From Camelus ferus (Eukaryota), in assembly GCF_009834535.1 (NCBI RefSeq), contig NC_045707.1:59708001-59772000 (forward strand): 64,000 nt of DNA. The letters run 5' to 3'. Shown one piece after another: positions 51,904 through 64,000 of this stretch; within the stretch, counting starts at the first letter, position 1; the number at the start of each line of letters is the position of its first letter. The notes under the pieces are model-generated. The model worked only from the letters and a program-made list of their open reading frames with translations, did not search any database and had not been told where the DNA came from. A program made the position numbers and the translations under genes.

Positions 51904-52759
51904 GGTCTGGGCCGCCAATGGTCTACCACTAGCCTTAGGGCTTGAGCTTCATGGGCTCAGGCCTCAGTCTGCCTATGTTCCAACCATGGTGATGCTACTG
52001 GTTTACAGCACTTAGGGGAGCAGGGGGAGCAGCTTTATCCTTTCTTTATCCTGTGGGCTCATTGCCCACTGCACCCAGGGCTGTCACCTCTCCCCATTTG
52101 CAGGTTCCAGGCTAACTGTCAGGGAGTCCTTTGGTAGAGGCCATACCTATCTTTCCAAAGAAAAGCCTTTCAAGATTTTTCCCTAATGCTAACAGGGCCT
52201 TCTGATCAATATCCTCTCTTACTTCCTATTGATGTGTTTCCCAGGCCCATCCTAAGCTGTGTTTCCAAGGAACAGATATTCTTTATATGAAGAGGCAACT
52301 TTTCTCTGTCTCTCCAAGGGTCCCTCACCCCCTCCTTATGGGGGGCCTTGTATAGAAGGCAGGGGCACATTCAAAATGATCACATTCTAGAAATGCAGTG
52401 ATTTTGGCCTAAGGAGTTCATGAAAAGATGCAGTTGGAAGATGGGTGTGTTATTCTCTGTTCACATTCTAAATTCTGAATAGTAAATTTAATATAACCAG
52501 AAAACAAATTACAATTCACATTTCCGTCCATATTCTAAGATGTCCATTCATGGTTATTACTGTGCACAACCTCTGAGGGAGCCACCAGAGGCCAGTATTC
52601 ATGGGAAGAACCATGGGTGATGCAGAGTCACGAATAATCTAACCAATGTGAAATAAGTGGAGTCATGGAACTGCAGAGACAGGATGCATATTGTTCCAAT
52701 ACAAATAGGTTCTGAAGATTTGTGGCACCGAAAGTAGTAACAGTTGCGCTCACAGTGGG

Positions 52760-52990
52760 AAATAACCAATTAGCCAAAAATTGTGCATTTAACAATAAAG
52801 AATATGAAGAGATTGGTGGAATTTTAAGCAGGGAGAGTTCCGTTGACCAAAAAGAACTTGGTAGCAATTATCCCGGTTCATACATGGAGGGGTCACCTTT
52901 TCAACATTTTCCATGATGAGAGTTCAAGCAACGCTGATTATATGTCAGGAATGTTGGGAGCTGATAGTTGGGCCGTGTAACAGATTGAAA
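52760..52990 (+). mobile_element. L3/CR1 LINE 3' remnant
   Basis: ggtggaattttaagcaggg...aagaacttggtagcaatt...gagttcaagcaacgctgattatatgtcaggaatgttg resembles the CR1 3' end. Confidence 0.55.
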
Positions 52991-53446
52991 CAGATGATTT
53001 TAATGTGTTGCTGAATTATAATGGTCTTAGATCTCTTGTTTGGTGAAAGACAGTGGAATTCCCAAAGTGGTTTCAAAGTAGTTTTCCATGTAACTCCAGG
53101 TTTCCACAAGGCATCGTTTAGGGTTTCTCAAAATAAAACTATGAAGCTGATAGAGATTTATGAGTTAAAAATATTCATATACACATCAGCTGTCAATCTG
53201 GAAAAAAATCCCACTGAGACCAAATTTTTAAAACCTAAAATCTTCTATTATTCTTTTAAGCTGACTAAGCCACGTGGCTTTGTGCAATGACTGAGTGCTT
53301 CTACTACAGTAACACGGGAAACCATGCAGTGCCGTTTCTGTAGTCTATTTCCTTCACTCTTCTCTCCTCTGAATCATCCAGTTCCATCCCTACCTTCATA
53401 TAATTCCACCATTTTGCAGGTGAAAGTGTATGTATTCTGCACAAAA

Positions 53447-53476
<30 letters not shown>
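53447..53476 (+). repeat. (CAT)10 trinucleotide microsatellite
   Basis: Direct reading. Confidence 0.97.
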
Positions 53477-53478
<2 letters not shown>

Positions 53479-56400
53479 GAGGCCTAAGATATTCTCAAGC
53501 ACTTCATTTCTTCATTTTAAAAAAACTGTATATTTCATTTTGAAGTGAATTTGAATCCAAATGGAATTATTAAGAGTGCCAATATATATCATTCTCTTAA
53601 CATGTAACAATCTAGCAGAGACCAGCATAGTGAAAGAAAGGAAAGTTGAACAAGTGAATTTAGGCACTATAATGATACACTTTCTGATCAGCTTTTTTTT
53701 TTTTTAATGGTAAGTTGTTTTTCTTATTTGTATTGTTTTTAGGAGCTACCTTAGGGTGATCTATCGATAGGCCAGGTCTCTTCCTACTAGGTCTAGTACA
53801 GAGCCAGTGCATTCTCTATGTCCATGGCAACCAAAACATAGGATGTGGGCCTCCTGTGAGCGGAAGCTGCGAGAGCCAGCATGTAATCTCACAATCTCTG
53901 TTTTCCTCTCTGCCACCACCTTGGCGTGGGATGCTCGTCAGCCTGACTACCACAGTGACAAGGGCATGAAAGGGGATTCTCAGACAGTATTTAACATGAG
54001 CAAAGAACAAAGCTTTAACTTCATGGAGGATTTTGCTAATGCAGTATAAACCAGCAGAAGCCACCTAAAAGATGTAAAGGGTGTGTTGAGGAAGTTGAAA
54101 ATAAGGAGGTTTTCATCTTACGGAAATAGCAACTAAAATCTTAAGTTAAGAGTGAAGTTAGGGATTTCTAGCAAGTTGAATGAATAAGAAGAATCTTTTC
54201 AGGAATGAGATGAATCTATTAAATATAATTTTTTTCTTAAAAGGCAGGGAACAGTTAAATAAACAGTGTAGCTAACATCTACCCACTAAATGTAGATGGG
54301 TCAAATCTGTGGACACTGTATATCTCAAAGACTTCCAAAGTATACTCTACATTTTGCTTATTAGGACCTTCTTACTTTTAACTAAGAAAGTAAGAGTAAT
54401 GCAAAAATAATAGGAAGAAGAATTCAGAATATCAATTTTAAAGCCTTACTGAAATAGTCAGTCTCCAAAGAAACTCAACCAGGAATCTTTATATAATCTC
54501 TAGCTATAAAACAGAGAGTTACGGATGTTTCTTTTTTATATGACACTCTAGACATAAACTACACGGCTCCTGAAGGAGCTGGTTTTAATGACATCACGGA
54601 ATGTAACAAGAGAATGGCCAAGATAATCGAGACATTTCCAAGCACTCCTTTATTCCCATGTCCAGAATAATAAGTAGGACAACATACTGTATGGAAAAAT
54701 AAAAATACATGTTTCCTGGAGATGAGAGAGGGAATTGAAATTTTAAAAATAAAGCTGACAGTTAAATAAGCCTGACATGCATAAACTTCAAAAGCCATTG
54801 GAGCCAACATTCTGAAAGAGTATTCCATCCTATAATTTTCAAATTTTTATAACGCTATTTAATTTCCGTAAGCTCTTGTTTTTAATAACATTGGTAATAA
54901 AAATAAAAGGCTCAGTGCATTAAGAACCTAGTTGGTGGCAGTCGTTATGCATATTGTATCACACAGTCCTCACACACCTCTGTGAAGATGATACTTTTAT
55001 TACCTCTGTTTTTTTAGAGAAAACAAAATGAGACTGCAAGAAGGTTAAGTGTAATTTGTGCCTGTTAAGTAACAGTGCTGGTTTTCCAAAGTTGATATTT
55101 CTCTTTACAAGCCCATTCTAAGTTACTACTTAAGGCTTTTTCCTGTGCTTTCCTATAGTGTACTAAGCTCTGTAAAGTAATTTTTATCTTTAAATATTTC
55201 TTAAAATGATTTCTAATGTGACATATGGTTCTAACCTATTAATGTTATGATCCAATAGTTTCTCAAAAAGGAGAACTGTAACTCCCACCAGGTATAAGCA
55301 GAGGGCTTTGCATCCTCCCATGCCTGGCACATAGTTGGTACCTGGGAGATATGGCTGGGCAAAGAGGTCAAAATATATGTTGCCTCTATTAAATTAAAGT
55401 CACGTGTTTCTTTTTATCTTAGAAGAACCTTACAGGGAAAACATAAATCGAAAATTATTAATTGATATAAGAGATCAGCAACAATTTCAGAAATAGGCTC
55501 TTTGGAAAAAAAGACTCTAAGTAAAACAGATTTCAGGGGAAAAACAAAGAGATTTAGAAATATCAAGATGGTAAGGTACACATCTGTATGAAAAGGTTTA
55601 CCTGCAGACTTACTGTCACAGCTAACTGAAAAATGAGAGAAAATTAAACTATTAGGTTTTTGTTTTTTAATTCAGGAAGGAAATTTTCTTGGCTATTGGT
55701 GAACAGCAACAAGAAAAACCCATTTAGGATATCATATTTAAATCTTTTGATAAAATATTTTCTACTCACGCCAACAATTAGAAGTTTGTTTTCTTGTTTC
55801 ACCAGTCACTACTGTGATTATGTCTTTGGGGTTAGTGCAAAATCAGGAGCAAAATAACAGTTATTATAAGAAACGTGACTCTGGCAACACTTTTTTCCAA
55901 GGCAGAGGGAAAAAAAACCTCATAGTATCATTGGTCTCATGAGCAATTCAGGCAAAGTTTCACACAAACAGCTAATTCACTGGAAGCACAGCCAAAAGGA
56001 ACATTAAGGTTTTCCTGGGATTTTCACAAAGTCTCACTAATACTAGTTAACAGGCCTGACTTCCTGCCTGTTTTAGGAGCAGGAAGAAACACAAAATTAT
56101 GATTAAGAAGCTTGCTTTCTGCAGCTGTCCAAGTTTTAGTCAGTAAGAATTAGATACTCAATTAAGCTCAAAGTCTTGAGCTGGACAGAAACAGCTATAA
56201 GTGCACGCCATGAATTGAAATCACGGAAGAGAAAGACCAGGCAAAGGAGAAGGTCACCAGGATGATCAAATACAGGGAAATGGTAATAGCCATAGCTTAC
56301 CCTGAAGCATAGCTGTTAAAGAACTCCCACACATATTGTTACCCCTTCTGCCCTTTCCCATGTGAGCATAAATGGGGAATTAAGCCAACAGACAATTCTC

Positions 56401-57809
56401 TTAGTCCCTCTGACACTGGTTCTATGTGACAGGAAGCTTTGGTATCCCCAATCCTATGTCAAGATCAGCCTGAGGGGAGTGAAGGACCTGAGAGCAAATG
56501 GTCAGAATAGGAGCTCTGAATGGATAAAATGGACAGAAAGGGAGGGTGACAGCAAATGATGAGATGCCTTTGGAGACGCTCATTCAGAAATATGTGTAAT
56601 TTCAGAGATAAACCTAAAATGACTGTTCCTGAAGCAAACTCAAGTGGAGTAGCCTAATTTTTCCCCATGTGTCAGGACTCAAAATCACAATTCATTGTGT
56701 GAAATTTAGTAGCACGAAAAGTGGCAGTCCGACTAGTGCGAAAAAACTTGGATCTCTTAGTGAACTACGCACAGAATGACAAAACATCTGTCATTCAATT
56801 CTTCTTTGAATATAGTTGGAGACATTATTACCTCAATAAGCACTAATTATCTTCATCTGTAAAATAATCTCTCTTTAGACAAGAATTTTTTATATAACGT
56901 ACATGCCATTTCTTAAAAAGCAACAAGCTTGGTGTTGTAGGACAATAGTAATGGATACCCGCCCCCCGCTTTCCTATTAATCTGTGGCAAAGGATAAAAG
57001 AGTACAACACTTCATTTTTAATGCTAGCATCATTCTCAATATGACCTAATCAGTAAAAACTGAAAACTCAGCAGTGGATCCAAACCTAGAGATTGTCTTT
57101 AAAAAGAGAGAGAAGAGAAACATACATGAGCAGCATCCAAGAAGCTGTCATTAGACTCAGGATGAAGTTGGCTTTTGGCTACTGCGAAGCTCAGCTCTTG
57201 CTACTTCTCTACTTCTGACTGGGTATCTACTTTGAAAAGAAGAGATTTAGAGACTATTTGAAACGAAATCTTGACTGTGAAAAGCTTGGTAATAAACTTC
57301 AACTGAAAAAAATTTTATGAGGTGCCTACAATGTACAAGGCAGGGAGTTCATGAGAAATGATGGTTTTCTCCACCGGGTAGGTTCTAGACACTCAATAAA
57401 TATGAATAAATGGGTTGATCTGACAGGTAAAGGTTGGTCGAAATTTTTTTTTCCAACTATTTCTATGTGGTTTCCATTTCTAGCCTCAGATAGCTCTTAC
57501 AGAAGATAGTTTGAAAAAATTTCAAAATTTGGATGAACTGAGCTGACAAGACCTAAATTATTCATGAAGTATGATTGAATGGTGCACATTTTAGAGGTGT
57601 ATTAGCACCTTCAGGTGACGGGGTTACCACTAGGTTTGCTATGTAAGATGTATAAGACTATGTCACTGACTAAGTGAGTGAGAGCCGGGTGATAATGAGG
57701 CCAGAAAGCCCAACACTAACTCTTTAAAAACCCTAAATTCCACAGTCTTGCTAAGAAGGAATGTAACTTGCGTATTCAATTTTGAGAGATAAGGAGGAGG
57801 AGGAGGAGG

Positions 57810-57995
57810 ATTTTCTGTGTCAATCACTGTTCAAAGTCACTTTCCGTAATCTTTCTAAGAGCTCTATGAGGTTGAAACTTTTGATATCTCATTTTACAGT
57901 TGAGAAAAACAAAGATGCAGGGAGGTTAAATAACTTGCCTGGGCATATAAGTGGTAGAGTCAGGATTCAAACTCAGACAGTCTGGGTCCAAATCC
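57810..57995 (-). mobile_element. MIR SINE
   Basis: ctcattttacagttgagaaaaac...ggttaaataacttgcc...gtcaggattcaaactcagacagtctgg. Confidence 0.8.
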
Positions 57996-59859
57996 TGTAC
58001 AATACTGAGTCTGTCCTGGAGGACTGCAGCAGTGAAAGCCATTGGGCTTTTTTAATAGATTGCTTTGCATTCCATGAAACTGAGGCATTTTGATGGGTCT
58101 CTATCTGCTTCTACCTATAAATTGAGAAAAATGGACTTGGCTAGATATTTTCCTTAATAGCAGGGCCAACCCTGAACTTGTGGGTACTGGCACATTCAGG
58201 TAGCAGTTCTGTCCCCTTAAGAACAACACAAACATCCTGTCTATATTTCCCTTTAGAGAATGTCAAGCAAATAGCTTCCTCCCTAGATTCCAGGTCAAAA
58301 TGGAGTTTGTTTCATGTTTTACACCAAAGACAGGATTTGTGCCAAGTTTAAATTAAGAACAAAAGTCGAAGTAATGGTGCATCAGTTGTGGGTTTGGCAC
58401 TGGCAAGAAAGATAGCCTCAAAGAAAACTCATACCTTTTATGGAAACCAAAAATTGACCACAATTGGCACACAGAAAACTGCATGGACAAACAAAACTGC
58501 TGGATAAACAAATCGAAATTACATAGGAAGCTGACACCCATTCTTTACAGTGGAAAACCAAAGATAAAAATGAGTCACCAATTTTATATTCTTGGAAAGG
58601 ATAAATGTTCAACCCATCTGGTAATATGTTTTTTTTTTTTAATTTCCTGAAGATGTCTAATATCCCAATATTTTCTTTAATAACAAACTAAGAATAACTG
58701 CAATGTGTTAATGTCATAGAACAACTGACTATAAACTCGGTTGTGAAAGGAAAAAACCTTGAATTGAACAATGTGTCATTTAATAATACAAAATTTATTC
58801 TCAGATTCCTATAACACTTCTAGATTATAAAAGTATGTATATATTTGTGTGTGTGTGGGTAGGGGTAGATACTGAATTTGAGGGAGAAAAAGAAGTTATT
58901 TCAATGATAGCTCTATACAAGACTAGAGAAGGCTTTTGAAGCAGAGAGGCTTTTAAGGGTCTAACACATTAGTCATCCTTTTTTGTCTCTTTTGTTATCC
59001 GAAATCCTTATATTTCCTTTGCCCTGACCCACACCAAACTAAACTCATATGCTTAACAGATGCTGAAGAAATGAGAGGATCAATTTGTTCAAACTACGAT
59101 CTACCACATCTTTGTGAAACTTGAAGAACAGAACTCCCCTAAAATAAAGGAAAAGGAGAAAAAGAAAATTCTTACTATTAGTCATGAGAGTGTAGGAATC
59201 ACTAAGCCAATTATAAGGGCAGTCATGTAGCCAAAGGCAATTTTATTTTCAATTCTGAGTGAACTATAGTGTAAAAAACTGTAATCCTGTTAGTTCATGA
59301 AAACCTTCAAAGGGGAGAGACTATCCTTTCTTGTGAGTTTTGTGTTCTGCCTTTTTATTGTACTTTATTGCATTGCCTGATTCGGGATAAAATCCACATG
59401 AAACTATTTCTGACCTTCCCTTTCTAATACTAACAGTATACCTTGTGATATGCTTTTCTATCCCGAGTCACTGTAACACAATCATTTAAGTCCACTTCAG
59501 TCTTAAATGGAGACCCGAGGTCCAAACAACATGCTTTAATAGGTCCAGAAGCTAATCAGGAGTGAGAGCCCAGTTACATCCCATCTCGGTTCTTACCCAA
59601 GGCTGTCTTTCTTTTCGCTTTCCCAAATTTATCATTTATATTAAAATAATCATGGCATCTTTGACTTTTAAAAGGAAAACAGAAGTTATTCCACTTAATC
59701 TCTACCAAGCCAAAGAATCCCCTTTATTATATCTTTCTGGCAGCAGCTGCCCACAACTTCCCAGGAGAATCAAGTCCGCTTCTTGAAGCTGTTACTTGAA
59801 AGAAAATAATTCTAGCATCTGTTCCACTGGCAATTCTAACATGTGAAGAAAACTGGTCA

Positions 59860-60420
59860 ACCTCCAGCCTCATTTGGACACACTGATGTATCAAGTACTC
59901 TCTTAAAACATGGCTCAGAGAGCTCAGCACAGTGCTCTGGATGCAGGATACAGCCTACACATCGCAGTGTGCAATGTATCTAGGACTTCTTTTGATCTTT
60001 ACTACATTTCTGTCATGCCTAAGGTCTTTATTTTTAGCAGCTGCCTCATACTCCTGGCTCATGTTAACCTTTGAGTCATATAAAAATACCCAGCTTAACC
60101 TTTTTAAAAAGCATTATTTGCTCTCAAGCTGTGTATCCACTATTTTAAAACTGTTCAAATTGAGTCTTAAAATAAATATTTATATTCAAATTTAATGCTA
60201 TAATTTGATGCAGTCCATCAACTGAAGCTATTAACTTTGTATGCTGTTCTCATCTACCATATTAATGTTCCCTCCCATATTTCTATCATCTGCAAAGGTT
60301 GATTACATATCTTTTATGACTTCATCTCAGTTTTAATATTTAAAAATGGTTTTAAATGTTAAAACCAGTCTCAGGGATGAACCCTTCAGAGTCAGATCCT
60401 CAGGTATCCCTCAACGTAAC
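59860..60420 (-). mobile_element. L3/CR1 LINE remnant
   Basis: ttagcagctgcctcatactcctggctcatgttaacctttgagtc and tatcatctgcaaa resemble antisense CR1 RT sequence. Confidence 0.5.
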
Positions 60421-61989
60421 AGAATTGTTAAAATGAAAAGTCCCTTTCCTGTTTACAATTATATTTCCTTCTCTGTTCATCTGATGCCCATCAGCACAGT
60501 CTGGTTAGAATAGCTCTCTTCAGAATTGTAGTTCATACCAAGCTTTCCTTCATCTGTCATCATTAAATGAAAGCATCTCTTTTTCAGAAGTTCTGGGTAA
60601 GACTATGCTGGGAGAATCCCACTTCACTTTGTGTTATCAAGAGTTTATTGCCAACAGTGTGGGAAGATTTCTAGCACAGGTTTAATATCACATTCATCTC
60701 AACTTTAAAGGCCAACTTGACTCTTACCCACCATCTTGAAAGCGTGATATACGAAATGTGGGGGTCAACCAGAACAACAAAAATCTTGAATCTGACAATG
60801 AGCAAAGCCAATCACAAATAGAAGGAGTGCAGGGACTGTGGCAACCAAACTGCTCAGGCCGCTTTACAGAGACACCACCATGATAATGAACACCTCATGC
60901 TGTCATTTTCCATCTAGAATCACCGACTGTGTTTTATTGTAAAATCACCACTAGGAAGTAATAGCGCTGGGGCCTTTCAACATACTGTTCTATGATATCA
61001 AAATGGGAAAAAATTTATAATACTGTCTTTTTTTTTACATGCCACTTTTCAATTACTTTGAAAATACGATTTAAAAATTTAAAGAGATCATTTTAATCTG
61101 GCAAACACTACATAGAATTTATCCTCTGGTCTTTCTTTTTCTTAGGTACAACTTCCCAAAATAGAATCAAAAGACTTAAGGATCTATCACCACATGAATT
61201 TATTTTACAATTCAAAAAATATTTTAAAAGAAGATAAAGGAGTCTATATCATACACAGCAAATCATTAAGGTATCAAATATTTTGGGGACCATTATCGTA
61301 TCAGTCAAAATATGATTAAGTCTGGAGTGTCCATTTAATTTTTATATTTTTCCGACTTCGAATAACTATTCAGACGATATGACATTTAGCAGAACTAAGC
61401 AGCAGAAATAATAATCCTGGAAAAATGAGTCATTATTTCATCTTTCCAAAGCACTAGAGTAGCCGAAATGCTATATGTGAGAGAAGAGTTCCCAGCTGGC
61501 TACTGTTTTGAATCTCAAGTCCAAAGGCAGAGAAATCTTTCTGCTTGGTGTACAGGCATTCTGCACTCAAAGCCATTCAGTCACCTTTTTTGCAGTAATT
61601 CATTGTCCAACTAAAGGGTATTTTATCATTATTCCCATTCCCCCAGTTTCCATTTCCCCATTCTCTCCTCCAAGTAGACTGGCATTTTTTAGAAAATAGA
61701 TTATTTAATTTCTATATATTTCCCGCAGGGACCAAAACAGTATTAGGTATATAACTTACAGACCTACACACATATATGTATGTGTAATACACACACATGC
61801 ACACACGCAGACATAAATAGATGTAGGCAGACTGAAAAAAGCTCTTTGACATACAGTAGGCGAGGAAGTTTATTTCTACAAGAAATGCAACATTATTTTT
61901 ACTGATTCTTCTGTTTGTTGACTTTCAATGGTAATTTCACACTAGTGTTTCTGGACAACCACTCGTAGTTTTCACGTAAGTGCATTTTC

Positions 61990-62111
61990 AGATGGTCTGA
62001 GACTGCTTTCTTGCTATTATGGTAGACTTGAGGAGTTGTGATAGAGAATATGGTCCTCAAAGCCAAAATATATACTATCCAGCCCTGTAAGGAAATGTTT
62101 TCAAGCCCCTA
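61990..62111. mobile_element. MER58-like hAT-Charlie fragment
   Basis: gagttgtgatagagaatatggtcctcaaagccaaaatatatactatccagccctgtaaggaaatgttttcaagcccct. Confidence 0.65.
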
Positions 62112-62399
62112 TTTACAGGCAAAATATACAACAGAAAGTAGCCCTCCACTAACAGAACAGTGGTGGAAGCTGTACGAGCGTGACCAATTTTCTTTCGACT
62201 GCTATTTTGCTACTGTTATTATCAGCCTGCCAATTGGGCAACAGCTTACCACTCTTTACTCATGGTTCCAAGAATATGTTCCTATAGTCTGACCTTAAGT
62301 ATTTAGCTAATCTTGTGGGTCTGCATGGATTTCTAGTCTAAATTTTCAGAATCAGGCCTTCTTGCCCCCGTTCCATCTTCCCATATAATTCCGTGGTCT

Positions 62400-62920
62400 C
62401 CCATCCACTTGAGAGTTCACTGCTGTCCCCTTTACTTTGGAATTTTACTTTCCTTTGTCCTCTGCTGTCAGTGACCAGCAGAAAGGTTACAAAGCCATCC
62501 TGATTGACTCAGAATACACATGGAGCCACACCAAGACCTCACTGTGGCCCAGCAAGCCTTTGATTCCATCCTAAAGGACTCATGATTGCATTCTCCTCCA
62601 CACTTGACCCCAGACTTTACCACTCTTATCCAAACTTCTCAGTTTTTTTTTCTCCTCTTAATCCTCTCAACTCATTCAAGGAGTATTTACTTAGCAGATG
62701 ACCCTGCTTCTAAATTTACAGAGAAGATTATAGACCCTGGAGATGACATCTTGATTTCTCCTTCCTTCCCACCTGATGATGTGGCTGGCTGGCTTCTACC
62801 TGCATCTGTTCACTCAGCTTCACTTTCCAAGGCCCCTGGACTTATCTCCAGTCTTCTCACAGGCAATTTGTTCTGTCAATTGCTTTTTGCCCCTTTATCA
62901 TTGTCTTTTTTCCTCTGACT
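62400..62920 (+). mobile_element. L2 LINE remnant
   Basis: cttagcagatgaccctgcttctaaatttacagagaagattataga, typical of L2 ORF2. Confidence 0.6.
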
Positions 62921-64000
62921 CATCTAACTGAGTCAAACACTTCCACCTTTCAGAAGAACCAATGATTGCTGCCTGACTAAATGGTCCAAACTCCTACTGG
63001 GATAATAAGAAGACAAGGGATAGCCTCAGTTTCATGCAGAGTGAATGATGGAATACCACCAACAAACTTTAGTTTTAGTCATTAACTCATTTGACAAAGT
63101 CTAATGACATTTAAATCAGCAAAAATTACTGCAACACTGATTTTTAAACAAAAGACAACACCTTAGTCCTAGATTGTTAATTAAAAGAAATAAAATAGAG
63201 AATTCCTTACCACACTTATTTAACACCTCACAGTCCAAAATGAGACACAGAGATATAATTAGTTCCATCTCTTGAAATGCAAATCTTATACAGAAAGATG
63301 AAGCTATGTAGTATAAAAAAATATTTCCAAGACCTATTTTAAAACCACTGCACTCTTTTAAGTTCATATCCTCCTCAAAAAGCCCAGTATGATTTTTCAT
63401 TTTATGTAAAATATTTAAAATTTTAAAATATTACTATGTTGGTTTCCTCACACACCTTCTCCCAATTTTTTTTTTTATTAATACACCATTAAAAACACTG
63501 AAAAAAAATCACACTAGAATGTAAAGTATGGCAAAGAGGCTATCTGGAATCTTAGGAAGTTCCACATTCTACAATCTTCCTGAAATTAGACTGAGGACAA
63601 ACAAGCAGTGTCCCATATATTGCCCCACTTACTAAACAGAGAAGCTCTTCCATGATACATGAAATTTCGCCCTTAATCCTACAGCCCCTTGTATCAACTC
63701 AAAACTCAGTCCCAAGTTTCTGTAATTGCTGCATCATGTGAGAGGTATATGCTTCATTTTATAACTATGGCATAGCATATACATTGCCACCAGCAAAAGC
63801 AGTATGCTAAGATAAATTCATTCAATTAGAATGGGCTTCATATACATGAAAATTGTACCAGCTGAATTAAGGGCACAACTGATTCAACAGTTAAAACTAC
63901 AACATAGCTTATATAATAACATCGAGGTCAAACTTGAAAAACTTGTACGTAGAAAGAAAAAAAAAGCAAAGAGCTAAAATATGGCAGAAGAAAATTTTTA

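Noticed and set aside
52628..52916. Protein-looking ORFs considered as an endogenous viral fragment or pseudogene
   Set aside because: Nucleotide sequence resembles a decayed L3/CR1 3' end, and the frames are short and stop-bounded
53324..53548. Poly-His ORF
   Set aside because: (CAT)10 microsatellite
1..64000. CRISPR arrays, operons, rRNA/tRNA genes, intact provirus or other novel multi-gene system
   Set aside because: None seen; the window is mammalian non-coding DNA with one exon and decayed transposable elements

Overview
AT-rich, CpG-depleted mammalian genomic DNA. The only coding sequence I can support is the first coding exon of Neuron navigator 3 (NAV3) on the minus strand at 26-268 (MPVLGVASKLRQPAVGSKPVHTALPIPNLG...EDSK, followed by a GT donor). 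The supplied ORF track misses this exon. The remaining ~63 kb lies 5' of it: a non-CpG-island promoter/5'UTR region, then a gene-poor stretch of LINE-1, L2, L3/CR1, MIR, solo LTRs (MER34-like, LTR16-like, MLT1), DNA transposons (Tigger1-derived, MER5A, MER58) and microsatellites, with several repeat-free enhancer-like islands. Cetartiodactyl-type L1 3' ends and no recognisable Alu, B1, Bov-tA, PRE1, CHR or Can-SINE suggest a camelid (inference). I found no evidence of a novel multi-gene system. The most notable items are a twin-primed (5'-inverted) L1, an isolated L1 endonuclease-coding fragment nested in an older L1, a ~43-bp L1 insertion with a full target-site duplication (TSD), and upstream ORFs before the NAV3 start. 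Repeat family names are from recognition by eye; boundaries without TSDs are approximate.
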